Positions 13,832 to 26,422 of a stretch of DNA of 64,000 nt are shown piece after piece (positions within the stretch are counted from its first letter, which is position 1; every line of letters starts with the position of its first letter). The stretch is from Octopus vulgaris. Taxonomy: Eukaryota. Below the pieces are notes generated by a model. That model made no database searches, had not been told where the DNA came from, and worked only from the letters and a program-made list of their open reading frames with translations. The translations under genes were made by a program, and so were the position numbers. The stretch is taken from the NCBI GenBank assembly GCA_951406725.2, contig OX597838.1:16678001-16742000 (forward strand), given 5' to 3'.

Positions 13832-14797
13832 TCTTTTACTTGCTTAAGTCATTAGACTGCGGCCATGCTGGGGCACCAACTGCCCCAGTACTTAGTTTTC
13901 ATTAAATCCTGGTACTTATTCTATCGATTACTTTTGCCAAACTGCTAAGTTACGGGTATGTAAACACACCAACACTGGTTGTCAAGTGGTGGTTGGGTGA
14001 AAACATAGACACAAAGACACACACACACACACGTATATATACAATGGGATTCTTTCAGTTTCCGTTGACCAAATCTACTCACAAGGCTTTGGTCAGCCTG
14101 AGGTTATAGGTATTTCTTTATTGCCCACAAGGGGCTAAACACAGAGGGGACAAACAAGGACAGATAAACGGATTAAGTCGATTACATCGACCCCAGTGCG
14201 TAACTGGTACTTAATTTATCGACCCCAAAAGGATGAAAGGCAAAGTCGACCTCGGCGGAATTTGAACTCAGAACAAAGCGGCAGACGAAATACCTATTTC
14301 TTTACCACCCACAAGGGGCTAAACAGAGAGGACAAACAAAGACAGACAAACGGATTAAGTCGATTATATCGACCCCAGTGCATAACTGGTACTTATTTAA
14401 TCGACCCCGAAAGGATGAAAGGCAAAGTCGACCTTGGCGGAATTTGAACTCAAAATGCAGCGGCAGACGAAATACCTATTTCTTTATTACCCACAAGGGG
14501 CTAAACAGAGAGGACAAACAAGGACAGACAAATGGATTAAGTCGATTATATCGACCCCAGTGCATAACTGGTACTTATTTAATCGACCCCGAAAGGGTGA
14601 AAGGCAAAGTCGACCTCGGCGGAATTTGAACTCAGGACGCAACGGCGGACGAAATACCATAAAGCATTTCGCCCGGCGTGCTAACGTTTCTGCCAGCTCG
14701 CCACTATAGTAAAAGATACTTGCCCAGGGTGCCACACAGTGGGATTGAACCAGGAATTATGTGACAAAGAAGCAAGCTTCTTACCATACAGCCATTT
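13832..14797 (-). mobile_element. SINE family A interrupted by a family B trimer
   Basis: Family A consensus at 13832-14109 resumes at 14705-14797; TATAG duplicated at the junctions. Confidence 0.85.
14110..14703 (-). mobile_element. Head-to-tail trimer of SINE family B (period ~182 bp)
   Basis: Three copies of TATTTCTTTA...CCCACAAGGGGCTAAAC...GGATGAAAGGCAAAGTCGACC...GAATTTGAACTCA; only the copy ending at 14703 has the head. Confidence 0.9.
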
Positions 14798-17109
14798 ACT
14801 TTGTTTGTTTGTTTGTGTCTGTGTGTAGCAGTAGCACCATCATCTTTTATAACGTCTACTTTTCCACGCTTGTACAGGTCAGAGAAAATCTGTTCAGTCA
14901 TATTTTTCACGGCTGAATGCCTTCCCTCTTACCGACCCTCACCTATTTCCAAGCAAGGTATTTCTCCATGGCTGGACACATTTCTTCAGAAGACTGGAAA
15001 TGAACAGTACAGCTTGAATTTTGATGATTGCTTGTTTACGGCTCTAGTGTAATGCCAAGACAAGGAATTACAAATAAACACATACAAATGCATACCCACA
15101 CACACACACACACACACACCAATGCATACATACACACATACCAATACATACACATACTCCCTCACATACATAACAATGCATGCACACACACACACAAATA
15201 CACTAATGTACACACACACCAGTGCATACACACACACACACACAAATATGCACACACCAATGTACACACACACACCAATACATACATACATACACACATA
15301 CAAATACATACACATACACCAATACAAACACGCACACACCAATGCACATAAACACACCAATGCATATATACACACATAGCAATACATACACATACACACT
15401 CACATATATACACAACAATGCATGCACACACACACAAACACAACAATGCATGCACACACACACAAATACACCAATGCACACACACACACAATATGCACAC
15501 ACCAATGCACACACACCAATACATACATACACACATACCAATACATACACATACACACACACCAATGCACATACACACACCAATGCACACATACACATAC
15601 CAATGCACACACACATACACAAATATGCACACATACAAACACACACACACTTCTCTACTCATCTTCTCTATTATATCCCAGGTCAGTCCAGGGCTATTGT
15701 AGAAGACACTTGCCCAAGGTGTCACACAGTGGGATTGAACCCAAAACCAGGGGGTTGGGAAGCGAACTTCTTAACCACACAGTCATGCCCATGTTACCAT
15801 TGAATACATATGAGCAAGTACTCTGAAGTGTGTCATATTTTAATTTTGTGAAGGGTCACCAACTAATTAGAAGTGATATACCTTGTGAACCAGGTTCCAT
15901 GACAAGTTACAAGGGATCCCAAAATTCCAAGAGAAATAGTGATAAACAGACTAATTCATACAAATGTATTTTTAAGATGTTTTGATATACTATTCTTCGT
16001 TAAGGCGGCAAACTGGCAGAATCATTAGCACACTGGGCAAAATGATACTCTTTAGACTTTTACACTTTTACTCTTTTACTTGTTTCAGTCATTTGACTGT
16101 GGCCATGCTGGAGCAATGCCTTTAATCGAGCAACTCGACCCCGGGACTTATTCTTTTGTAAGCCCAGTACTTGTTCTATCAGTCTCTTTTGCCGAACCGC
16201 TTAGTAATGGGGACATAAACACACCAGCATCGGTTGTCAAGCAATGCTAGGGGGACAAACACAGACACACAAACACACACACGCATATATATATATATTT
16301 ATATATATACATATATACGACGGGCTTCTTTCAGTTTCCGTCTACCAAATCTACTCACAAGGTTTTGGCCGACCCGAGGCTATAGTAGAAGACACCAGCT
16401 GAATGTTTTTCAGAATTTCTTTCAAATATATGTAATACTTTTTAGATCTATAGAGAACAATGGGAAGTTGTGGTATATATGCCTTTCCCAAGAAAATTAG
16501 TGACCTCAGTGAAGTGAATTGAAACAACTTTGAATAAGAGTTAAAAACCGGGTCAAGGATAAGCTTCACCAATGGAGCTTACCTTTTTATGTTATGGAGT
16601 TTGTTGTTTATGAACGAGGCCAGGTGAATTTCATTTTTTTTTTGCTTTTGTTTTTGTTTTTATTTTTGTTTTCGAAACGTTTCTTATTCTGCGGTGGGAG
16701 GCAGCAGTATTGTCTTCTCTCTTAACATCTAGTGCAACAGTGGTTAATGTCAGCTGCACTAACAACAACAACAACAACAACAACAACAGTAACAAAAAAA
16801 AAAGCTGCTGCAACGTTAAGCAATACCAATGTTGTTGTTGACATTAGCAGCAAATGCAGCAGCAAATGCTGCAGCAACACTAGCAACTGCAGTAGATACG
16901 AGCCAGCTTGGGAAACTCTATGAAGTCAGTCAGCCTTGTAGAAATAGCAGTTAAATCCCTCTCGAATAACACCTTATCATCTCCAAAGGCAAGAGCGGTG
17001 CAGGAAGGATACATTGCATAATGTAGTCCTACTTACACTTATCTAAAAAGAAGAATGAAAGGCAAAAGTTGACCAGGGTAGCATGTGAACTCATGAAATA
17101 AAGGGACAT

Positions 17110-17341
17110 AGGGCAGCAAGCTGGTAGAATCGTTAGCATTTTGGGAAAAGTGCTTAGCGGTATTTCATCTGCCATTACATTCTGAGTTCAAATTCCACTG
17201 AGGTTGACTTTGCCTTTCATCCTTTCGGGGTCGATTAAATAAGTTCCAGTTATGCACTGGGGTCGGTGTTATCGACTTAATCCCTTTGTCTGTCCTTGTT
17301 TGTTCCCTCTATGTTTAGCCCCTTGTGGGCAATAAAGAAAT
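17110..17341 (+). mobile_element. SINE family B with 14-bp TSD
   Basis: TSD AAATAAAGGGACAT at 17096-17109 and 17342-17355. Confidence 0.9.
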
Positions 17342-17644
17342 AAATAAAGGGACATTCTATGTACCACTTAATTGGTCCTGCTACTTGACCATTTAGCATT
17401 TAAACCAGCTGTATCCAGCCAAAATATTCAACCGGTTCTAGGTTTAAACTAGTCAGATTCAGCCTCTAACACCTACTTTACAATTCTAAAAACACTCACA
17501 TTATTGTAATCTTGATGTTTACTATATAATGCATGATTAATTCTAAACAATGTGAAAACAATAAGCATTGCATTTTACAGAATAATATGAACGCTAAAGG
17601 GTTAACCAACCTTCTTGATCACCATTAATTAATAATAATAAATA

Positions 17645-18156
17645 AATGTGCCCTTTTAAAGCCTAGCCAGGCTTATGGGCCCGGTTTCCCGGTTTCCTGG
17701 TTTCTATGGCATATGTATTCCCCAGCTGGACGGGACGCCAGTCCATCGCAGCGTTACTCATTTTTGCCAGCTGAGTGGACTGGAGCAACATGAAATAAAG
17801 TGTTTTGCTCAAAAACACGATGTGTCGCCCGGTCCAGGAATCGAAGCCACAATCTTACGATCATGATGCTGACACCCTAACCACTAAGCCATGCACCTCC
17901 ACTTAAATGCATCCTTTTAAAGCCTAGCCAGGCTCGTAGGCCCGGTTTCCCAGTTTCTATGGCGTATGTGTTCCCCAGCTGGACAGGACGCCAGTCCATC
18001 GCAGTGTTACTCATTTTTGCCAGCTGAGTGGACTAGAGCAACGTGAAATAAAGTGTTTTGCTCAAGAACACAACGCATTGCCCGGTCCAGGAATCGAAAC
18101 CACAATCTTACAATCATGGTGCTGACACCCTAACCACTAATCCACGCGCCTCCACT
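17645..18156 (-). mobile_element. Tandem dimer of tRNA-headed SINE family C (~257-bp units)
   Basis: Minus strand GTGGAGG...TAGTGGTTAGGGTGTCAGCA...TTCGATTCCTGGACCGGGC head, ...GCGATGGACTGGCGTCC...TTTAAAAGG tail, twice. Confidence 0.85.
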
Positions 18157-19170
18157 CTTGATCATCCTTATCACCATGTAAGTCCTCTTTTCTATGCTTG
18201 CATGGGTCGGACAGAATTTGTTCAAGTAGTGTTTCCACAGCCAGATGCTCTTCCTGTGACCAACAGGTGGTGGTGGTGGTAGTGGTGGTGGTGGTGATGG
18301 TGGTGGTGGTGATGACGATGGTGATGATGATGATGATGATGATGATGAGGAGGAGGAGGAGGAGGAGGACAATAATAACATAAGTAAAATGTCAAATATT
18401 TTGGTGAATGACTTTTGGCCCAACCTGTATTTAATTATACTTGTTATAATGTAGAGTACACCCACCACTCACCCCTCTATCACTCATTCCTGTTGTTACT
18501 TATCACTCATCTATGTCACTCACATTTCCTTCTCTAAGAACATGACCCTCTCTCAAAGAGCAGAAGTGCACCCGGTTGACTCTGTAAAATGTGGAGTGAA
18601 GACGTCTCCTTTAAGCTTGTCAAAGTTTTGACATCCTCCCTAGTGCTGGTGCCACAAAAATGCATCTAGTACACTCTGTAAAATGATTGGCATTAGGAAG
18701 GGTGTCTGACTGTCGAAACTATGACAGCAATGATGGCTATAGTGACAGCTGTATGGTGGTGATGTTGGTGATGACAACAACAACGAGAATGATGATGTTG
18801 ACATTGATGATGCTGATGATGATGATGATAATGATAAGGGTGGAGTGTTTGATAATAGATGTGGTGGCCTCTGCACATGTATATTCTCTCTAAGATACCT
18901 TCCATCAAAATTTCACCAGCTTAATCATGACAAAATTATTTGATTAAATTCTTCGTAATTTTTCCAAATAAATGGAAAGAGAGGAAATGGAATTCAACAG
19001 AATAATGGCAACAAAAGACTTTAGCAGTGTTTTAACTAATGACCTATATTCAGTTCAATCAATTCTTCAACCAAATTTCTTTCAAAATTTGCATGTTCCA
19101 TTTCAATAGTAGAAGTAAGGAGTAAACAGAAGCCTGTATATTATCACTTAATTATTCCTTTATTATTCCT

Positions 19171-19400
19171 TTAACTCTTTTGATACCAACCTGGTTGAAA
19201 CCGCCTCTGGCTCTGTAGTACAAATGTCTTGTTTTCAAAAGTTCTGAATTAAAATATTCCACCAAATCTTAATCTCAATTTATGTTCCTAACACTAGCTT
19301 AATGATAACTATGCTATTTTACTAAATTCTTTGTTATATTTAAAATTAATTGAAAGAAGCACAGAGCATCTCAACAGAAATATGGTAACAAAAGAGTTAA
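19171..19400. mobile_element. piggyBac-type TTAA MITE
   Basis: TTAACTCTTTTGATACCA ... TGGTAACAAAAGAGTTAA. Confidence 0.8.
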
Positions 19401-19569
19401 CCGCTTAGCAGTAATTTTTTCTTCATGTTCTGAGTTCAAATTCTGGCGAGGTCAGCTTTGCTTTTCATCCTTTCAAGGTTGATAAATGAAGTACCATTTG
19501 AATACTGGGGTTGATGTAATCAACTTAACCTTCTCCCCGCTTGTAACTATAATTGAAAAGATTATTCTT

Positions 19570-20120
19570 TTAACCCTTTAACATTCAAACCAACCACATC
19601 CAGCCCAAATATTCTACCTGTTTTATGTTAAAACCAGCCACATCAAGCCTCTTATACCTACCCTACAATGTTATTCTAAAAGTAAACAGCCACATTATCG
19701 GAATCCCAAAGCTATGAAATAATACAAGATTAATCCAAAGCAATATGAATGAATAAGTATTAAATTTGACTGAGCAATCTGAATGCCAAAGGGTTAAGTT
19801 TTCAAGGTGGGTTGTATGGGGTTGTATAGAGATGCAAATTGTTACCTGAAATATTTTTTACCTGGTTTTTGTTTCAGACAAATTTGAGAAATATTAAAAA
19901 TTTCTTTGAATTAATCCTTTAGCATTTAAACTGGCCATATCAGTTTTATATTCAAACTGGCCAGATCCAGCCTCTCCCAAATACCCTGCAATGTCTTTCT
20001 AAATATAAATGATTGCATCTTCAAAATCTTGAGCTACAAGATAGTACGCAATTAATTTTTAAAAACTGTGGATAAATAAGCATAACATTTGATAAATTAA
20101 TCTGAATGCTAAAGGATTAA
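19570..20120. mobile_element. Two copies of a second TTAA MITE (~19570-19797 and 19911-20120); a third at ~17390-17605
   Basis: TTAA(C/T)CCTTTA(A/G)CATT ... GAATGC(C/T)AAAGG(G/A)TTAA termini with homologous interiors. Confidence 0.75.
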
Positions 20121-20799
20121 GGAAGATTTACATACACCAGTTTTATATTTGAAACTGTTTGAGCTTGAAATAGTCTAGTGTAACCATTTCTGTACTTAAA
20201 AGCAAATTTTCTCTAAGAACATGACCATCTCTCGAAGGCTTTTAATGTGCGAAAATGCACCTGGTGCACTCTGTTAAATGTGGATTTGAGAGGTTACCTT
20301 CAAGCTTGTCAAAGTCTTGACAATCTTCCTAGTGCTGGTGCCACAAAAATGCACCCAATACACTCTGAAAAATGATTGGCATTAGGAAAGGCGTCTGACT
20401 GTAGAACCACGATGACAATGACAACAACAATGATGGCAATAGTGGCAGTGATGACAGTGATTACAACAACAATGGCAATGATGATGATGATGTGGATTAT
20501 GACAATGATGATGATTATGAGGGTGGAGCATTTCATGATAGTTTTGGTGATATAAGAACAGTTGACTGGGCCTCTGAACATGTATATCCTATTATTTATT
20601 AAATGATGCCCGGCAGGTTGGTATCAAAAGAGTTAAATGTGTAGGCATGGCTGTGTGGTAAGAAGCTTGCTTCCCAACCACATGGTTCTGGGTTCAGTCT
20701 CACTGTGGGGCACCCTGGACAAGTGTCTTCTTCTTTCGCCTCAGGCCAACCAAAGCCTTGTGAGTGGATTTGGTTGATGGAAACTAAAAGAGGCCCATC

Positions 20800-20837
<38 letters not shown>

Positions 20838-21030
20838 AATGTGACCGCGTGTATACCATTGGCGATTTTTTTTCCTCTGTCTTCCCTTCTCCTATGTTTC
20901 CGACGAAGCGCTCCGCTTGAAACGTTAAACTCTCCTTCTTTCCTTCTTTCCTGAGCGCCCAATAATACTATATTTGTTCCACGTCCTTGTGTTGTGTTTT
21001 TTTGTGCTTTCATGTTTGGATTAACTTTAA
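20838..21030 (+). mobile_element. ~200-bp (TA)n-embedded element with minimal hammerhead-like motif (family H)
   Basis: GTTT-CCGACGA-AGCGCTCCGCTT-GAAACGTT-AAAC at 20896-20930; homologous to copies at 24911, 40205, 40517. Confidence 0.65.
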
Positions 21031-21127
21031 CTATATATATATATACATGTATGTATATATATATATATATATATATGTTTAGGCCTTGTGCCAGTAATAA
21101 AGAGTTAACCTCTAGCCGAACAATTAT

Positions 21128-21328
21128 TTTGTGCTGATGAAGAGAAATAACCCAGAAATCGCGATACACAGATATTGTTTTGAGCTGAGTGGGGGTGCTA
21201 GATTCCCTTGTTCGAAAATATAAGGGCACAGATCGGGTCATATAGCCAGCTGGAGACGATGTCTCCTGGGGCTAAATTACAGCAACATTAGTCCTAAACC
21301 AGGACTGCCATGTTATGTTGGCAAACAA
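21128..21328 (+). ncRNA. Hammerhead motif followed by a multi-hairpin structured segment (copy 1, stem II decayed)
   Basis: TTTGTG-CTGATGA(21134-21140)...CCCA-GAAA-TCGCGA-TA-CACAGA; downstream AGGGCACAGA, TAGCCAGCTGGAGACGATGTCTCCTGGGGCTA, AGTCCT/AGGACT hairpin, GCCA/TGGC hairpin. Confidence 0.6.
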
Positions 21329-21658
21329 TCTTTACTAAACAGTGAAAGGGAAAAAAAAACCAAAAAAAAATGTGTTTTGGCTAAATTATCTTTAAAACAG
21401 TGATTAAAACATTCACCTCTTGTCAATTTAGTCACAAGATAGCTTGGCTGGGTTGATAACAGCTGATAGCCTGATTGGTGGTTGTGAAAGAGAATTGAAA
21501 GACATTTATTTAATCTATTGTAAGTTTTGTTTTTCTATTAATCAAAAGCAGAAACTCTCTTCTGAATTTGTCAGGTTTGTCTGCAAATTTAAAACAGAGA
21601 CAGCAGAAACCACGAGGAAAAAAAAAAAGATAAATATTTTACAGCAACTACAACAATC

Positions 21659-21698
<40 letters not shown>

Positions 21699-21701
21699 GT
21701 A

Positions 21702-21751
<50 letters not shown>

Positions 21752-21838
21752 AACTTTGATGGGTACAGCCCATATGCTATGGAAAGCACTGTCCATTTAA
21801 AATGGAATAAATGTGGTGATAATAATAATAATAATGAT

Positions 21839-22180
21839 AATACCTGTTGTCATAGGTGCCCTGGGAATGATAGCAAAAGGGGCTGATTGCTACCTAACTC
21901 AGATACCAGGAAACCCCAAAATGGCAGAAATTCAAAAGATAGTGCTCATGGGAACTGCTCATATCCTACGCAAAATACCTTCTATGTAATCCCAAGTTTT
22001 AAAACAAACATAATTTTCGAATGGTTCTTTAGGCATTCACTAGTACAACACTTTGTACAAAACCAAATATATGGCACCCTAGGCATAACACCAACATGAA
22101 CTTCCAACTTATTGTCTCTTGAGGTCTCTGGGTGAGACTTGGAGCCAGCTTGTGCAAATGTAAAGCATAAGTCAAACATA
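21839..22180 (+). mobile_element. R4/Dong-clade non-LTR element 3' end flanked by (TAA)n
   Basis: IPVVIGALGMIAKGADCYLTQIPGNPKMAEIQKIVLMGTAHILRK matches the C-terminus of R4/Dong restriction-like endonuclease ORFs; TAA repeats on both sides. Confidence 0.8.
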
Positions 22181-22391
22181 TAATAATAATAATAATCCTT
22201 TCTACTATAGGCACAAGATCTGAAATATTAGGGGAGGGGAGTAGTTAATTACATCGACCCCAGTTTTTCACTGGTACCTAATTTTATTGACCCTAAAAGG
22301 ATGAAAGGCAAAGTTGATCTTGGCAGAATTTGAACTCAGAATGCTGCTAAGCATTTCACCCAGTGTGCTAATGATTCTGCCAGCTTGCTAC

Positions 22392-22392
22392 C

Positions 22393-22478
<86 letters not shown>

Positions 22479-22638
22479 GTGGTGATGATGATGATGATGA
22501 TGATGATGACGACGACGACGACGACGACAACGATGACAACGATAATGGTGATGAGGATGATGATGATGATGATGATGATGATGTTGAATATGATGATGAT
22601 GACAATGACATTGTTGATGAGGATGATGATGATGATGG

Positions 22639-22680
<42 letters not shown>

Positions 22681-22810
22681 CGACGACGACGACGACAATG
22701 ACGACAACGATAATGGTGATGAGGATGATGATGATGAGGATGATGATGATGATGATGATGTTGATGAATACGATGATGATGACAATGACATTGTTGATGA
22801 TGATGATGAA

Positions 22811-22848
<38 letters not shown>
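22392..22848. repeat. (TAA)n/(GAT)n/(GAC)n tract with internal duplication
   Basis: Seen directly. Confidence 0.95.
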
Positions 22849-23277
22849 GCTTATTGTATACTGTAGTCAGGTGTATTATCGAAGTAAGTCAGGCCAAATT
22901 CATGAATTTAAATTGAAAATAGAGACTTCCAGGAAAACAAGTAAATTATTAAATTTTGGAACAATTTAGAAGTTTCCATGCAATGGCTACCAAATTAAAA
23001 TTTGACACATCGAATCTGAAACAGATTAAGAATAAAGATGATAAAAATTTTTTAAAAATGAAAGAATTTTGTGATAAAACTGTTATTGATGAAGCAATTC
23101 AGAATCCAGGAATTTATATTTCAAAAAAAAAAAAAAAAATGTTTCTTCAGTTATTTTGCATGTTTTAGTCATTGGATTGCGGCCATGCTGGATAACTCAT
23201 CTTCAAGGCTTCTTAGTCAGCCATATCACACCACCTCACCTCAGAACTTTTAGTCTGGTATTTATTTTAGCAGTTTT

Positions 23278-23321
23278 CACACCAGAAAATGTACATGCAA
23301 ATGTAGACATAGATACGCACA

Positions 23322-23365
<44 letters not shown>

Positions 23366-23409
23366 TGTGCGTATCTATGTCTATATTTGCATGTACATTT
23401 TCTGGTGTG
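23278..23409. repeat. 132-bp near-perfect palindrome centred on (TA)n
   Basis: CACACCAGAAAATGTACATGCAAATGTAGACATAGATACGCACAATG-(TA)n-CATTGTGCGTATCTATGTCTATATTTGCATGTACATTTTCTGGTGTG; one mismatch. Confidence 0.95.
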
Positions 23410-23629
23410 GAGCGCAATGGCCTAGTGGTTAGGGCAGCGGACTTGCGGTCGGAGGATCGCGGTTTCGATTCCCAGACCGGGCGTTGTGTGTGTTTATTGA
23501 GCGAAAAAACACCTAAAAGCTCCACGAGGCTCCGGCGGGATGTGGTGATCCCTGCTGTACTCTTTCACCACTCTAAAGGCGGTGCTCCAGCATGGCCGCA
23601 GTCAAATGACTGAAACAAGTACAAAAAAA

Positions 23630-23647
<18 letters not shown>
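23407..23647 (+). mobile_element. Chimeric SINE: family D head joined to family A tail and poly(A)
   Basis: D sequence to CTCTTTCACCAC (~23571), then CTAAAGGCGGTGCTCCAGCATGGCCGCAGTCAAATGACTGAAACAAGT and an A-run. Confidence 0.8.
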
Positions 23648-23694
<47 letters not shown>

Positions 23695-23697
<3 letters not shown>

Positions 23698-24098
23698 CGC
23701 AGGAGTGGCTGTGTGGTAAGTAGCTTGCTTACCAACCACATGGTTCCGGGTTCAGTCCCACTGCGTGGCATCTTGGGCAAGTGTCTTCTGCTATAACCTC
23801 GGGCCGACCAATGCCTTGTGAGTGGATTTGGTAGACGGAAACTGAAAGAAGCCTGTCGTATATATGCATATATATATGTATGTGTGTGTATATGTTTGTG
23901 TGTCTGTGTTTGTCCCCCCACCATCGCTTGACAATCAATGCTGGTGTGTTTACATCCCCATCACTTAGCGGTTCGGCAAAAAGAGATCGATAGAATAAGT
24001 ACTGGGCTTACAAAGAATATGTCCCGGGGTCGATTTGCTCGACTAAAGGCGGTGTTCCAGCATGGCCGCAGTCAAATGACTGAAACAAGTAAAAGAGT
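23695..24098 (+). mobile_element. SINE family A, full length
   Basis: Matches family A consensus. Confidence 0.9.
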
Positions 24099-24240
24099 AT
24101 ATATATGTATAAAAAAATATATATAAAAATACAAAATGGGACAAGAACGCAAAACATTCAAATAGACGACACAAAAAACAGACGGGTCATTCGAAGCCTC
24201 TAATCTTCAGTCAAGAACCGGATCATCCTTGCAGTTTTGG

Positions 24241-24296
<56 letters not shown>

Positions 24297-24302
<6 letters not shown>

Positions 24303-24892
24303 AATAGGAAAATGGATGGGATCAATAGGTGGTTCATCAACTTTTAGATATTATATTATGTTAATTTATTCATTTATTTACTAAAATGACAATTACAACA
24401 ATATCCATACATGTATAACATATGCTTTACATATATAATATATAAAGATACCTAATAATTACTGGTATCTTTATATATTTTATACGTAAAGCATAATATG
24501 TTATACATGTATGTATATTCTTGTAATTGTCATTTTAGTTAATAAGTAAGTAAATTGACATAATATAATGTCTAAAAGTTGATGAACCACCTATTGATCC
24601 CCTCCATTTTCTTATTGCTCTATAAATTAATGGTAAAATAACTCTCTACCCTCACCTATTTAGTACACTCAGTAATGTAATTGCAATGCAATAAAAAACA
24701 CTTGTGTATTAATAATTGGGTATTCTACCAGCAGTATATTGGGTAGATATTATCCCTAAGTTGGTTGGATTCACAACCTCTAACGATGGCTGGATAACTG
24801 AAGAGATGGCGGTGTGGATTTCCACCACAACATCCGAAACTCGGAGTTTTATCATGGTTACCGAATAAATGTCACATATTACAATTACAGAT
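24297..24892 (+). mobile_element. Penelope-like pLTR fragment with inverted 5' segment (fold-back 24297-24623)
   Basis: Near-perfect ~325-bp palindrome centred ~24458, continuing into sequence with a hammerhead and an AATAAA; flanked by dinucleotide repeats. Inverted 5' pieces and hammerheads are known Penelope-like features; family assignment is inference. Confidence 0.55.
24792..24854 (+). ncRNA. Type I hammerhead ribozyme motif in a Penelope-like repeat
   Basis: GATAA-CTGAAGA(24798-24804)-GATG...GTGTGG ATTT CCACCAC...CATCC-GAAA-CT CGG AG-TT-TTATC; GUU triplet ends 24848. Confidence 0.7.
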
Positions 24893-24910
24893 ATATACAT
24901 ATATATATAT

Positions 24911-25114
24911 AGTTAATCCAAACAAGAAAGCACAAAAAAACACAACACGAGGACATGGAACAAATATAGTATTATTGGATGCTCAGGAAAGAAGGAAAGA
25001 AGGAGGGTTCAACGTTTCGAGCGGAGCTCTTCGTCGGAAACATAGGAGAAGGAAAGATCCAGAGAAGGGAAGACAGAGGAAGAAAATCGCCAACGGTACA
25101 CACGAGGTCACATT
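24911..25114 (-). mobile_element. Family H element with minimal hammerhead-like motif
   Basis: Reverse complement of 20838-21030; motif at 25007-25041 reads GTTTCCGACGAAGAGCTCCGCTCGAAACGTTGAAC. Confidence 0.65.
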
Positions 25115-25611
25115 TATATACACAATGGGCTTCTTCTAGTTTCTGTCTACCAAATCCACTGACATGGCTTTGGTCAACCCAAGGCTATAGTAGAAGACAA
25201 CTGCTCAAGATGCCATGCAGTGGGACTGAACCTGGAACCACATGGTTGGGAAACAAGCTTCTTACCACACAGCCACGCCTGCACCTATGTGTACTATTCT
25301 TAAAGAAGAATGTTGTTGACAGTAACTTTGAAGCTTTGGCCAGTTAAATCATCATTGGATTTAACTCTTTGAGTCTGTAACAGCAGTTTACTGGTGGATG
25401 GCTAATTTTTCTCTATACTGTAGCACCGCTCTACCAGTAGAGTGCACCTGAAAGCCAGGTATATGGTCATTTAAGGTTCAGAAGGTCAGGGCTCAAAAGG
25501 TTAATACATGTGTGTGTGTGTATACATATACATCCATCCACACATACTTATATACATACCTACATACACATATATATGTATATATATATGTATATATATA
25601 GATATATATAT

Positions 25612-26027
25612 ACTCTTTTACTCTTTTACTTGTTTCAGTCATTTGACTGCGGCCATGCTGGAGCACCGCCGTTAGTTGAGCAAATCAACCCCGGGACTTA
25701 TTCTTTGTAAGTCCAGTAATTATTCTATCGGTCTCTTTTGCTGAACCGCTAAGTGACGGGGACGTAAACACACCAGCATCGGTTGTCAAGCAGTGCTAGG
25801 GGAACAAACACAGACACACAAACATATACACACGACACATACATATATATATATACATATATACGACAGGCTTCTTTCAGTTTCCGTCTATCAAATTCAC
25901 TCACAAAGCATTGGTCGGCCCGGGGCTATAGCAGAAGACACTTGCCCAAGATGCCACGCAGTGGGACTGAACCAGGAACCATGTGGTTGGTAAGCAAGCT
26001 ACTTACCACACAGCCACTCCTGCACCT
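25612..26027 (-). mobile_element. SINE family A, full length
   Basis: Reverse complement of family A consensus. Confidence 0.9.
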
Positions 26028-26042
26028 ATATATATATATATA

Positions 26043-26340
26043 TAACCCGCTGTTTTTGTCCTGTTATTACTATTATTGTTTATTGTATTTATATTCGTGT
26101 GGCATCGTCCGTTTTTCTGTCCTTGTTTCATATACATTCAATCTTTTTTCCAAGAAATCTAATGCTCGTAGCTTAGTTTTTCCTTGGGGCTGGCCGGATT
26201 GGAGCGATCTCAAGATTAATTAGCTGAAATTGCGAGGATGATCCGGTTCTTGACTGAAGATTAGAAGCTTCGAATGACCCGTCCGTTTTTTGTGTCGTCT
26301 ATTTGAATGTTTTGCGTTCTTGTCCCATTTTGTATTTTTA
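26043..26340. mobile_element. (TA)n-embedded dispersed repeat; partial inverted copy at 24118-24245
   Basis: 26220-26340 is the reverse complement of 24118-24245 (AAAATACAAAATGGGACAAGAACGCAAAACATTCAAATAGACGACAC...). Confidence 0.6.
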
Positions 26341-26344
26341 TATA

Positions 26345-26422
<78 letters not shown>

